From NCBI GenBank assembly GCA_031364845.1, contig JANLWX010000231.1, forward strand, positions 23,531 through 87,530: a stretch of DNA of 64,000 nt, in the 5' to 3' direction. Numbering within the stretch: position 1 is the stretch's first letter; each line of letters starts with the position of its first letter. This DNA is from Candidatus Eiseniibacteriota bacterium. GTDB lineage: Bacteria; Eisenbacteria; RBG-16-71-46. The translations under genes and the position numbers were made by a program. The notes beneath the pieces are model-generated. The model was not told the origin of the DNA. It worked only from the letters and a program-made list of their open reading frames with translations, and did not search any database. Of this stretch, positions 30,801 to 38,220 are shown in pieces.

Positions 30801-31499
30801 TGTGACCGCCTGCCAGTACACGGTGTTGCGCGTGAGCGGTGTCGTGATGATCGGATCGTTCGCACTCGATAGCGGTTGGAACAGTTGAATGCTCTGAAGC
30901 TTGAGGCTCACCGGCGCGCTGCACCCGGCACAACTGCCGGCACCGGTCGTGTTCGAACTCAGCACGCGCAGCTTGAACGCGTAGTATTCCTGCGCCGCGG
31001 AAACGGGCGCGGCTTCATTGGAAGGAATCGCGCACTGGACCAGGACCTTGGCGGTATTGGGGCCGTACGCCGAGATCGTGTAGAGAAGCCCCCCCACTTC
31101 GCTGCCCGGCCAGAAGTCCGTGCATGCAACCGGCGAGAACGCGAAGTCGGGTGTGAGCGCGCTCACGCCGCGGCACTGTCCGCTCCCGTGCTTCCACCAG
31201 TCCGGAAGGCTGGTCGAGGCCACCCGCACCTCGGCCGACATGCCGAGCAGGTTGTTGATGCCCGCGGGCGGAACGAAAGACGCCACGGCGTTGAACGCCG
31301 GCCCGGCGTTCGTGTTGCAGGCGAACGTCTTCAACTGCGAGCCTGCAGCGCCGCAATCGTCCCACGAGAAGTTGATTCCGGCGGCATCGGCGGAGGGAAC
31401 TCGAGAACTCATGAGCAACGCGGCGCAGCAGATGAACGCGAATGTCCGGCGTAGCAACTCGGCGAACGCGACGGGACGAGACGAGCGAGGGCGGATCAT
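24855..31499 (-). CDS. giant secreted repeat protein (2214 aa): signal peptide, 5 x [novel Cys-rich domain + 2 IPT/TIG], 1 x Cys-rich domain, FN3-like domain, Por/T9SS-type C-terminal sorting domain
   Basis: Track ORF 2214 aa. The N-terminus MIRPRSSRPVAFAELLRRTFAFICCAALLMSSRVPSADA is a signal peptide. Six copies of a ~195-aa module begin (I/L)(N/D)LSW(D/N/S)(D/L/A)CG, with 8 conserved Cys. IPT/TIG pairs follow (P.I.SFSP..GAPG..VTI.G..FTG...V.F ... VP.GA.TGPI.VTNPGG). The C-terminus FEIYDLGGRRFVREALEGLSAGTHDVRIAG...GMYFARLSQGTERVTGRFVVVQ matches the Por secretion tail / FlgD-Ig-like CTD consensus. Confidence 0.85.
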   Translation of the reverse strand: MIRPRSSRPVAFAELLRRTFAFICCAALLMSSRVPSADAAGINFSWDDCGAAGSQLKTFACNTNAGPAFNAVASFVPPAGINNLLGMSAEVRVASTSLPDWWKHGSGQCRGVSALTPDFAFSPVACTDFWPGSEVGGLLYTISAYGPNTAKVLVQCAIPSNEAAPVSAAQEYYAFKLRVLSSNTTGAGSCAGCSAPVSLKLQSIQLFQPLSSANDPIITTPLTRNTVYWQAVTPGPPVIGSISPAAGAPGVVVTINGSNLLGTTSVRFGTVAAAFNIVSNAQVTTTVPVGGETGPITLDTAFGSGTSLSFTVAPAIRHFLPKQASAGASILVTGRNFANVSAVRFNGTTASFSIDSDSLLLAVVPGAATTGPISITNPGGTTPSDSVFRVGPAAGALDLSWDDCGLAGTAIKTFACDRNTGTPFTLIGSFVPPPGVSQLNGAISDLGVYATTLPDWWKHGSGQCRSSAGLNVNFSSFGGPYSCDNLWLDQINGGGFSYDVGFYGANTARIRISSSSTLNTPVDQNTAYYAFKVNITRNKSYSSGKCDGCETPVRVTLHTIQLTQPAAMGYNPVISIPFHRNSAFWQAEPGPLPRVDSFTPLAGAPGIPVTIQGQYFTGATAVRFRDVSASFTVDSDTRISTTVPAAARTGSIAVTTSRGTAASESLFVVKPDIRFFLPHTAPVGHTVVIRGTNFTRSTSVRFNGLASSYTTHSDTTIYAIVPVGATDGPIAITNPGGTDTSDDPFHVGPIVSGTINLSWNDCGLAGTATQAFACDLNTGSAFTLVGSFIPPPDVLELTGLAAEIRIASTGDLPDWWKHGPGQCRGTTGLTTNFDFRSGPTSCTDILQGLATGSSSYGVGFYGANSARLQISCSLPASAGAASPSTEYYAFKAQIQRANTTGAAACAGCSLPVGLTLNQIQLFQSAELGYDPILTTPAARVVALWQAAPGPVPQISAFTPPGGGPAQVVTISGSGFTGASSVRFHTLAASSFTVTSDTKVEAVVPAGARTGPIHLATIQGSDTSDSMFIAAPELRNFLPQSAPVGYPLSIRGFNFTRTTAVSFNGTTATFTVQNDSTLQAPVPAGATDGPITVTNIGGSDTSDSLFHVGPLPAGLLNLSWDLCGTAGTALKTFACDANTGTGFTFVGSFVPPPGVQELIGMSARVRIASSQALPDWWKHGFAQCRASSALPATFSFAGSPCFDPWQGQAVGNTSYSVAYDGPNTALLQVVCAMDPSNRTATQSDREYNAFKVQVLRTATTGAGACSGCNVPVSLTLEQLQLMQSPELGFDPVITTPQLRNAIAWQAEPGPPPVIDSFSPMAGAPGQPVTIRGAHFTGTNSVLFHTLSASFSVTSDTTIATSVPPGARTGRITVATIQGSDVSDDLFSVAPIITSFAPRQAPVGHVITVRGVNFINVNDVEFNGLDATFTIVNDSMLTAPVPAGTTSGPLRVANPAGEDISDIAFTVGPLPPGFINLSWDACGAAGADLKNFACNVNTGTVTAFASFKPPVGVTEMIGLSGDIRIASGSALPEWWKHGSSFCRGTGDLTSNFDFSLAPGSCVNPWQELVTGTLDYTVGFGGANMARIEVFGFMNSHRVALDPAVEYHAFKVNLLRTQSTGTGSCSGCNVPVSLTLRQIQLFQTPEFKYDPVITTALDHKTIAWQGVPGPLPDVQSFTPGAGAPGTVVTIRGLHFTATSLVTFDLRPALFTTVSDSVIHATVPAGARTGFIEVSTPNGSMTSAGTFIVAPRIASFSPRQAPVGSTITITGENFLYTSSVRFNGLPTPFSISSDVRITATVPTGATNGPISVTNPGGTAVSDSTFRVGPLMITNGGINLSWSDCGTAGTENMTFACDANSGSAFAMIASFIPPPNVTEFAGMSAQIDIRSNTATLPDWWRHGSQQCRSTTGLATSFDFTSGPFTCVDYFAGQAAGGYAYDVGFGSPSRARFRIQAAVPIESAAPVDPETEYYAFKANILRSKTTGSGSCAGCSEPMCLLLNEIQLFQPFQLNYDPQLTMPINRNYISWQGGIANCVSSTPVQASVVTTEANSERVRVVWMTADVPEAAVYRREGAREWTHVARLVPDGSHRLTFDDYDVVPGAQYAYRLGIMLASGEVFVGETSVSVPGNTALAMSAVRWDAGSRGVLVSLALPRAGAATFEIYDLGGRRFVREALEGLSAGTHDVRIAGARSLKPGMYFARLSQGTERVTGRFVVVQ
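25150..31390 (-). repeat. six divergent tandem ~1.07-kb coding repeats inside the giant gene
   Basis: The protein-level periodicity of ~355 aa is visible as recurring nucleotide blocks encoding LSWDDCG, LPDWWKHG.GQCR, EYYAFK and IQL.Q. Confidence 0.7.
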
Positions 31500-31676
31500 G
31501 GGATCGACTCCACGATGAGTTCATGCTGCGGGGCATGGTTCAGCGTCGACGGATGGAGTTTTCTGAGGGAATGATAGGCCAGTGCCCGCGTGGAGATACA
31601 GAACAATCTCTGAACAATCTTGCGGGTGCTCCCTATATAAAGAGAGACGCCGTCTTTCCTTCCTCGAACGCGACAA

Positions 31677-31712
31677 CGAAAAAGGCCCCCGCGGCGAGCG
31701 TCGCCGGGAGGC
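31677..31712 (-). terminator. Rho-independent terminator downstream of thrS
   Basis: The minus strand reads GGCCUCCCGGCGACGCUCGCCGCGGGGGCC, a GC-rich bulged hairpin, followed by UUUUUCG. It lies 45 nt after the thrS stop and before the putative promoter region of the giant gene (TATATA box near 31630). Confidence 0.6.
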
Positions 31713-31755
31713 CTCATCGTGATGTGCGGCAACGACCTTGTCGTTCGCCGAGAAC

Positions 31756-33534
31756 CTAATGCGTGCGCGCCCGCGTCTCCTCGGTGACACGCTGCACGAA
31801 CGCTTCGCGGCTCATCGCCTCGAGCTGCCCCTGACCCTTGCGGCGGGGCGCGACCGTGCCGGCTTCCGCTTCGCGCGGGCCGACGACCAGCATGTAGGGA
31901 ATCTTGGCAAGTTCGGCATCGCGAATCTTCGCACCCATCTTCTCGTCACGCAGGTCGATCTCGGCGCGAATGCCCGCGTCCTTCAGCATCTGCGTGGTGC
32001 CGTTCGCGTAATCGAGCGCGCGTTCGTTCGCCGGGATCACCATGACCTGCACCGGCGCGATCCACACCGGGAATTCGCCGCCGGTGTGCTCGATGTAGAT
32101 GCCCATGAACCGCTCCAGCGATCCATAGAGCGCGCGGTGCAGCATGATGCACTCGTGATCCTGGCCGTCGGGTCCGGTGTACATGACACCGAATCGCTTC
32201 GGCAGGTTCAGATCGACCTGAATGGTCGGACACTGCCACTGGCGGCCGAGCGCGTCCTTGAGCTTGACGTCGATCTTGGGCGCGTAGAACGCGCCGCCGC
32301 CCTCGTCGACCTCGTACGGCAGGTTACGGCTCTCGAGCGCCTCACGCAGCGCGTTCGTCGCGAAGTCCCACTCCTCGTCGGTGCCGAGATACTTGTCGGC
32401 CGGACGGGTCGCGAGATAGCACACGTATTCGTAGCCGAACGTCTTGAGCAGGAAGTCCATCAGATCGAGGATTCCGGCCACTTCGTCGGCGAGTTGTTCG
32501 CGCGTGCAGAAGATGTGCGAGTCGTCCTGGGTGAAGCCGCGCACGCGTTCCATGCCGTGCAGCACGCCGCTGCGTTCGTAGCGATAGACGGTCCCGAGTT
32601 CCGCCATGCGGATCGGCAGCTCGCGATAGCTGTGCTTGCGCGTGTTGTAGATCATGATGTGCCCGGGACAGTTCATCGGCTTCATGCGGTAGGGCTGGCC
32701 GTCGATGTCCATCGCGGCGTACATCATTTCGGCGTAGTTCTGAAGATGGCCCGAGATCGCGTACAGCTTCTCGCTCGCGACATGCGGCGTGTACACGAAC
32801 TGATAGCCGCGCTTCAGGTGCTCTTCCTTCCAGAACTGCTCCATCAGATGGCGCACCATGCTGCCGTTCTGATGCCAGTGGATCAGCCCCGAGCCCACCT
32901 CCTCGTGCACCGAGAACAGATCGAGCTCCCGGCCGAGCCGGCGATGGTCGCGCTTGAGCGACTCCTCGATTCGCTTCAAGTACTCGTCCAGCTCCTGCTG
33001 GTTCGCGAACGCGGTGCCGTAGATGCGCTGGAGCATCTCGTGGCGTTCGTTGCCGAGCCAGTAGGCGCCCGCGACGTGGGTGAGCTTGAACGCCTTGAGA
33101 TCGCCGGTCGCCGCGACGTGCGGACCGCGGCACAAGTCGAGGAACGGTCCGTTCACGTAATAGGTGATCTTGGAACTCTCGGGAATCTGCGACAGGAAGT
33201 GGAGCTTGTACTTCTCGCCCGCCTTCTCGAAGCGCGCCTTCGCTTCGTCGCGATCGGTCTCGCGGAATTCGAACGGCTGATTGGCGGCGACGATCTCGCG
33301 CATCTTCGCTTCGATCCGCTCCAGATCTTCGTTCGAGAACGGCGTGTCCTTCGCGAAATCATAGTAGAAGCCGTTCTCGATCGGCGGCCCGCCGGCGACC
33401 TTCACGTCGGGGAACAGCTCGATGACGGCGGTGGCGAGCACGTGCGCCGCCGAGTGGCGCAGACGGTAGAGCGCTTCGCCTCCCGGATACTGCGCGATGT
33501 CGGGACGATCTTCGGACGCAGTCGCCATGGACAT
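31756..33534 (-). CDS. thrS: threonine--tRNA ligase
   Basis: Track ORF 592 aa with the KPMNCPGH motif, class II core and C-terminal anticodon-binding domain. A strong AAGGAG RBS precedes the ATG. The N-terminal TGS domain appears short or absent. Confidence 0.95.
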   Translation of the reverse strand: MSMATASEDRPDIAQYPGGEALYRLRHSAAHVLATAVIELFPDVKVAGGPPIENGFYYDFAKDTPFSNEDLERIEAKMREIVAANQPFEFRETDRDEAKARFEKAGEKYKLHFLSQIPESSKITYYVNGPFLDLCRGPHVAATGDLKAFKLTHVAGAYWLGNERHEMLQRIYGTAFANQQELDEYLKRIEESLKRDHRRLGRELDLFSVHEEVGSGLIHWHQNGSMVRHLMEQFWKEEHLKRGYQFVYTPHVASEKLYAISGHLQNYAEMMYAAMDIDGQPYRMKPMNCPGHIMIYNTRKHSYRELPIRMAELGTVYRYERSGVLHGMERVRGFTQDDSHIFCTREQLADEVAGILDLMDFLLKTFGYEYVCYLATRPADKYLGTDEEWDFATNALREALESRNLPYEVDEGGGAFYAPKIDVKLKDALGRQWQCPTIQVDLNLPKRFGVMYTGPDGQDHECIMLHRALYGSLERFMGIYIEHTGGEFPVWIAPVQVMVIPANERALDYANGTTQMLKDAGIRAEIDLRDEKMGAKIRDAELAKIPYMLVVGPREAEAGTVAPRRKGQGQLEAMSREAFVQRVTEETRARTH

Positions 33535-33661
33535 GGCGTCACTCCTTGGGCGGATGGCGAGGCTGTTCAGGCGGCGGATATCGCGGGTGTTCGGGGCGGC
33601 AATGCCGGAAGCGAACCCGGGATGTTCCCGCGGGTGCTCGCGTTCTCGTTCCGCCTTAAAG

Positions 33662-33737
33662 TGGTGGGCGATACTGGACTTGAACCAGTGACCCCTTGCT
33701 TGTCGAGCAAGTGCTCTACCAACTGAGCTAATCGCCC
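33662..33737 (-). tRNA. tRNA-Val (anticodon GAC)
   Basis: Reverse complement reads GGGCGAT-TA-GCTC-AGTTGGTA-GAGC-A-CTTGC-TCGACAA-GCAAG-GGGTC-ACTGG-TTCAAGT-CCAGT-ATCGCCC-A-CCA. It lies 127 nt upstream of thrS. Confidence 0.9.
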
Positions 33738-34099
33738 GCGAGGCCGCGGATTAAGCCGCAAGCGCGACACGCTGTCAACTCTGACTTGAAAAATCCTTGA
33801 CGTTGGTGCGGTACGGGTTCATGTTCGTTCGCGTCGAGGCCGCTTCAAATTCTGCGCTCATCCCCCGAGTGCACCACCGCCCCCCGGTGGCCATCTTCGC
33901 GCTCGACGCGAAGCGCATCGATGCTGGTTCTGACAGATCTCGAGAGGTCGCCGTCGAGATGCGCCGCTTCTGTCTCCACATCACGCTGCTGAATTCGAGC
34001 GGTTGCTCTAAACGACCCGATTTCGAGCCCTGACGACAGAACCGCACGCATGATTCGAGGCGCGGTCGCTTCCGGCTGCGCCTGAACCGGAGGTGCATC

Positions 34100-34930
34100 T
34101 TGAGTCGAGTCGTTCGCAGTTCAGTAGTGGCGGTTCTGGCAGCTTGCGGCGCGTTATCGATCCTCGCATCCACTGTGATGGCCGATGCCTTCGCGCGCTC
34201 GAACCGATCGAATCGCAAGGTTCACGTGTCGGCGATCGCTCACGATGGAGGGATTCCCTGCTCCCAGGACGCGAGCCAGCAAGGGGGAACGCTGACGCGT
34301 GTGTGCTTCAGTGCCGGCGGGCTCGGCGGCTCCAACGTCGGCTACGCAAGCGCGAGCGCCGGGCCGGGCTTCGCGCATTCGGTGAACTACACCAAGGGCA
34401 CGGCGAGAGCCGGACTCGGCGTTGCTGCGGCGGGCGACACCGCGGTCAGCGATTCGTTCCTCGTGACCTACTCGAACACGGCCGTCAACCAGACGACGAT
34501 CGTCATCAACGGACGCCTGTTGGTCGATGGCACCAACATGCTGAACTCGACCAAGGGGTTACTGCGGGTGCTCGTCTATCGCGATTCGGCTGCCGCCGAT
34601 TCCGACCCCGCCCACGTCGGTGCGGGTGCGGGAACTCTGTTCAGCGGAAAACTGGAGGTCACGAAGGCGTCGCATGTGGCTTCCGGCGGATTCAGCAGCG
34701 GAAACTTTGCGGCGATCGCCGGAGCGAACCGCTATCAGGTGTCGGCCAGCAATCTCTCGAAGGTCGTTTCCGGTGTGGTCGACACCTCGAAGGTCGTCGT
34801 CATGGTCTTCAACGATTCGGTGTCGGACGTTCCCATGAGCTCGCCGCTCGTCGTGTTGCTCGGCGCGGGGCTGCTGGGCGGTAGTGCGCTATGGGCGATG
34901 CGCCGGCGCAAGTCGGCCGGTCTCGCCTGA
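34100..34930 (+). CDS. secreted protein with PEP-CTERM-like sorting tail
   Basis: Track ORF 276 aa with a signal peptide ([28 protein letters not shown]), a Gly/Ser/Ala-rich beta-rich body, and the C-terminus ...[35 protein letters not shown]. That tail is a degenerate (V)P(E)P motif, a TM helix and an RRRK cluster. Confidence 0.55.
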   Translation: MSRVVRSSVVAVLAACGALSILASTVMADAFARSNRSNRKVHVSAIAHDGGIPCSQDASQQGGTLTRVCFSAGGLGGSNVGYASASAGPGFAHSVNYTKGTARAGLGVAAAGDTAVSDSFLVTYSNTAVNQTTIVINGRLLVDGTNMLNSTKGLLRVLVYRDSAAADSDPAHVGAGAGTLFSGKLEVTKASHVASGGFSSGNFAAIAGANRYQVSASNLSKVVSGVVDTSKVVVMVFNDSVSDVPMSSPLVVLLGAGLLGGSALWAMRRRKSAGLA

Positions 34931-34978
34931 GTCGAATCCGGACGCGGGCGGTCGAGTGCCGCCCGCGTCTCTTCGAGC

Positions 34979-35992
34979 TCACACCCTGCGGCCGAGCACC
35001 GTGGCGATCGTGCGGATCTGTCCGACCAGTTCCTCGAACTGCTCCGGGTACAGCGACTGGGCACCGTCCGACAGCGCGCGATCGGGATCGTGGTGCACCT
35101 CGATCATGAGACCGTCGGCGCCCGCGGCGATCGATGCGCGCGCCATCGGCGCCACCTTGTTGCGGATGCCGGTGCCGTGCGAGGGATCGACGATCACCGG
35201 CAGATGCGACAGCTCCTTCACCACCGGGATCGCATTCAGGTCGAGCGTGTTGCGCGTGTAGGTTTCGAACGTGCGGATGCCGCGTTCGCACAGGATCACC
35301 TGCGCGTTGCCCTGCGAGACGATGTGCTCGGCGCTCATCAACCACTCTTCGATCGTCGAGGCGAGCCCGCGCTTGAGCAGCACCGGCTTGTCGGTGTGGC
35401 CGACCTCGCGCAGCAGCGAATAGTTCTGCATGTTGCGCGCGCCGATCTGGAGGATGTCGGCGTAGCGCGCGAGCAGATCGACCTGCTGCGTGTCCATCAC
35501 TTCGCTCACGACCGCGAGCCCGTGCGCATCCGCAGCACGGCGCAGCAGCTTGAGCCCCTCCTCGCCGAGTCCCTGGAACGAGTACGGCGAGGTGCGCGGC
35601 TTGTAGGCCCCGCCGCGCAGGATGGTGGCACCCGCCTTGGCGACGGCGGCGGCGATCGTGAACGCCTGCTCCTCCCCTTCGACCGAGCATGGTCCGGCCA
35701 TCAGCACGAGCTGGTCGCTGCCGATCGCGCACCGGCCGACGGTGATGACCGTGTCGTGCGGCCGGAACACGCGCGAGACGAGCTTGAACGGCGCGCCGAT
35801 CTTGCGGGTCTCGGCGACGCCGGCCCATGACCGCACCGCGTCCCAGTCGGCGGCTCCCGCCTCGCCGATCGCGGCGAAGCGCGCCTGTCCGTCGTGATCG
35901 GTGCGGTGCACCGACAGACCGAACATGCGCAACCGTGACGCGACATCGTTCGCGACGGCTTCGGGGGTGTTGCGCTGCAGCAGGACCAGCAT
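34979..35992 (-). CDS. aroF: 3-deoxy-7-phosphoheptulonate (DAHP) synthase, class I-beta with N-terminal ferredoxin-like regulatory domain
   Basis: Track ORF 337 aa with a KDO8P/DAHPS I-beta core ([34 protein letters not shown]). The ~70-aa N-terminal extension is typical of Thermotoga-type regulated DAHPS. Confidence 0.9.
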   Translation of the reverse strand: MLVLLQRNTPEAVANDVASRLRMFGLSVHRTDHDGQARFAAIGEAGAADWDAVRSWAGVAETRKIGAPFKLVSRVFRPHDTVITVGRCAIGSDQLVLMAGPCSVEGEEQAFTIAAAVAKAGATILRGGAYKPRTSPYSFQGLGEEGLKLLRRAADAHGLAVVSEVMDTQQVDLLARYADILQIGARNMQNYSLLREVGHTDKPVLLKRGLASTIEEWLMSAEHIVSQGNAQVILCERGIRTFETYTRNTLDLNAIPVVKELSHLPVIVDPSHGTGIRNKVAPMARASIAAGADGLMIEVHHDPDRALSDGAQSLYPEQFEELVGQIRTIATVLGRRV

Positions 35993-36101
35993 GCGGTGGA
36001 CGGACTCCGGGGAAGGCGAAGGTGGCGGGCCCAGGATCGAGCCATGGCGGCATTGTCTCTCAACTAATTAGATCAGGCCACCCACGTTGCTGATTCGGGG
36101 C

Positions 36102-37163
36102 TCATCGGTCGCGCCCCCGCAGCGCCCGCTGGTGCAGCCATGCGTCCATCAGCACGATCGCCATCATGCTCTCGGCGACCGGGACCACGCGCGGGCAGAT
36201 GCACGGATCGTGGCGGCCTTCGATCGCGATCGTGGTCGTGCCCCCGTCCGCGGTCGCGGCCGTTTGAGGTTTGCCGATCGAAGTCGCGGCGCGCACGGCG
36301 ACCCGCACCACGATTTCCGCGCCGTTGGAAATACCGCCGGCGATCCCTCCCGCCCAGTTGGTCGTGAAGCGCTCGCCATCGAACACGTCGTTGGTTTCGG
36401 ATCCGGCGCGGGTCGCCATATCGAAGCCGCCGCCGATCTCCACACCCTTGGTCGCGGGGATCGACAGCATCGCCGATCCCAGTTGCGCATCGAGCTTGGC
36501 CATCGTCGGATCGCCCCAGCCCGCCGGCACACTGCGCGCGACGATCTCGACGATGCCGCCGACCGAGTCCTTCGCCTCGCGCGCCGCGACAATGCGCGCG
36601 GCCATCGCCTCGGCGGCCACCGGATCCGGACAGCGCACCGGATTGGACTCTGCGGTGTCCCACTCGCGAAGCGTCGCCCTCACCTCGCCCACCTGCACGG
36701 TGCCGCCCGCGATCGACACGCCGATCGTTCCGAGTGCGAGCTTCGCGAGCGCACCCGCCGCCACGCGCCCCACCGTTTCACGTCCCGACGAACGCCCGCC
36801 GCCACGATGATCGCGGATCCCGTACTTCTGGTGGTAGACGTAGTCCGCGTGGCCCGGCCGGAACACGTCCCGCAACGGCGCATAGTCCTTGGAACGGGCA
36901 TCGGAGTTGCGGACCAGCATCGCGATCGGGGTTCCGAGCGAAACTCCTTCGAACACGCCGCTCAGGATCTCGACGACATCGCCTTCCTGCCGCTGCGTGG
37001 TGAGCGCACTCTGCCCCGGCCGGCGCCGGTCGAGCTCACGCTGGATCGCTGCCGGGTCCACCGCGAACCCGGGCGGCATGCCGTCCACCACCACACCCAC
37101 ACCAGGCCCGTGCGACTCGCCGAACGTGGTGATCGTGAACAGGTGCCCGAAGCGCGAGGACAT
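36102..37163 (-). CDS. aroC: chorismate synthase
   Basis: Track ORF 353 aa beginning MSSRFGHLFTITTFGESHGPGVGVVVDG, with RPGHADY and GGRSSGRET motifs. Confidence 0.95.
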   Translation of the reverse strand: MSSRFGHLFTITTFGESHGPGVGVVVDGMPPGFAVDPAAIQRELDRRRPGQSALTTQRQEGDVVEILSGVFEGVSLGTPIAMLVRNSDARSKDYAPLRDVFRPGHADYVYHQKYGIRDHRGGGRSSGRETVGRVAAGALAKLALGTIGVSIAGGTVQVGEVRATLREWDTAESNPVRCPDPVAAEAMAARIVAAREAKDSVGGIVEIVARSVPAGWGDPTMAKLDAQLGSAMLSIPATKGVEIGGGFDMATRAGSETNDVFDGERFTTNWAGGIAGGISNGAEIVVRVAVRAATSIGKPQTAATADGGTTTIAIEGRHDPCICPRVVPVAESMMAIVLMDAWLHQRALRGRDR

Positions 37164-37616
37164 CTACTTCTTCTTCGCCGTTTTCTTCGCCGCCGCCGAA
37201 CGCGTCGATTTCACGCGCGTGTACGCCGCGATCGTCCGCGCGCGAAATGCCTGGTGCGCCTCTACCATCTTTTCGAACTGGTAGAGGTAGGTCGGACGGA
37301 TGTCGCCGCGCGCTTCCTCGACCCAGCCCTTGCAGCGCTCCCACGTCACGATGTCTTCGCCGGTGTGATCGAAGAACAGCTCGGCGTGCAGCACGCCGCG
37401 GTTCACGAGCGTGGCCACCATCTCCCAGTAGGACGTCGTCATGCGGAAGTGGCGGTCTTCATCGGTGTGCGACAGATAGCGCAGCTTGATCTCCATCCAG
37501 CCGCTGGGCTTGAAGTCGGTGAGGAACCACTGGCGCGCGCGCCGCAGTTCCGGATCGCGCCGCATCTCGTACAGGCGGAGCAGCAGCTCCGCGTCCGCGT
37601 GACTCGGGTTTCGCAT
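37164..37616 (-). CDS. hypothetical protein with Lys-rich C-terminal tail
   Basis: Track ORF 150 aa. Its composition is not GC-artefact-like (many W/Y/F/H), and it ends AAAKKTAKKK. The stop abuts the aroC start. I recognise no family. Confidence 0.5.
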   Translation of the reverse strand: MRNPSHADAELLLRLYEMRRDPELRRARQWFLTDFKPSGWMEIKLRYLSHTDEDRHFRMTTSYWEMVATLVNRGVLHAELFFDHTGEDIVTWERCKGWVEEARGDIRPTYLYQFEKMVEAHQAFRARTIAAYTRVKSTRSAAAKKTAKKK

Positions 37617-37697
37617 GAGTGATCCTCGGAGTGAGGGTTGAGTTCAAACGTCTGACGGGTACTTCCAACGGAACTGACGAACGATGCGGTCGCGTGC

Positions 37698-38195
37698 TCA
37701 CGGCGCGCGAAAACGAATTCTTCCCTGGGCGTCCCACGCCGTGATCGTTCCCGCGCCGTCCTCGCGCGCGCCGATCACGACGCTCGAACCGTCCTTTTGC
37801 CTGCCCACTGCGAGTTCGGACCGGCGCGAACCGACCAGCGAAGCGAGCCCGGTGCCGTCCGGTCCTTTGAGTGTGAGATGCGCGACCCCGTTCTGCTGTG
37901 CTTCGAGCAGCACGGCACCCGTCGCGCCCGCGCGGCCGAGCACCAGCCGGATGGTCCCGTTGCGATCGACCTCCATGCCGCCCACCGGACGGCTGTCCGG
38001 ATCACGCAGGAGAATACGATTCGCCTCGATCACATCGAAACGCCCGGTCGTCGCGGGAACCAGCGAGCGTCCGCGCGGCATCGCCAGCGTCGCCGCCATG
38101 GTGGCGATCGCCACGAACATCGCGACCACCGCGATGCCGCGCGCGCTCTGGTTCTGGCGCTCGAGGGCTTCGACTCGTTCCACGAGGATCTGCAT
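37698..38195 (-). CDS. hypothetical membrane-anchored protein
   Basis: Track ORF 37698..38315. I chose the internal ATG (MQILVERVEALERQNQSARGIAVVAMFVAIATMAATLAMP...), which gives a short coiled coil, a single TM helix and a ~110-aa beta-rich periplasmic domain. Confidence 0.4.
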   Translation of the reverse strand: MQILVERVEALERQNQSARGIAVVAMFVAIATMAATLAMPRGRSLVPATTGRFDVIEANRILLRDPDSRPVGGMEVDRNGTIRLVLGRAGATGAVLLEAQQNGVAHLTLKGPDGTGLASLVGSRRSELAVGRQKDGSSVVIGAREDGAGTITAWDAQGRIRFRAP

Positions 38196-38220
38196 TTCCG
38201 GATTCACGGGGTCCTCCGCA

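Noticed and set aside
25471-30872. Large antisense or alternate-frame ORFs overlapping the giant gene (e.g. 28383..30872 +, 829 aa; 25471..27072 -, 533 aa; 26352..27551 +)
   Set aside because: They are extremely Arg/Gly/Asp-rich, low-complexity translations typical of off-frame reading of GC-rich repetitive coding DNA. They have no domain signal and are fully nested in a well-supported gene.
34093-34884. Alternate-frame ORF overlapping the PEP-CTERM gene
   Set aside because: Arg/Gly-rich with no signal peptide logic. The 34100..34930 frame has a coherent signal peptide and sorting tail.
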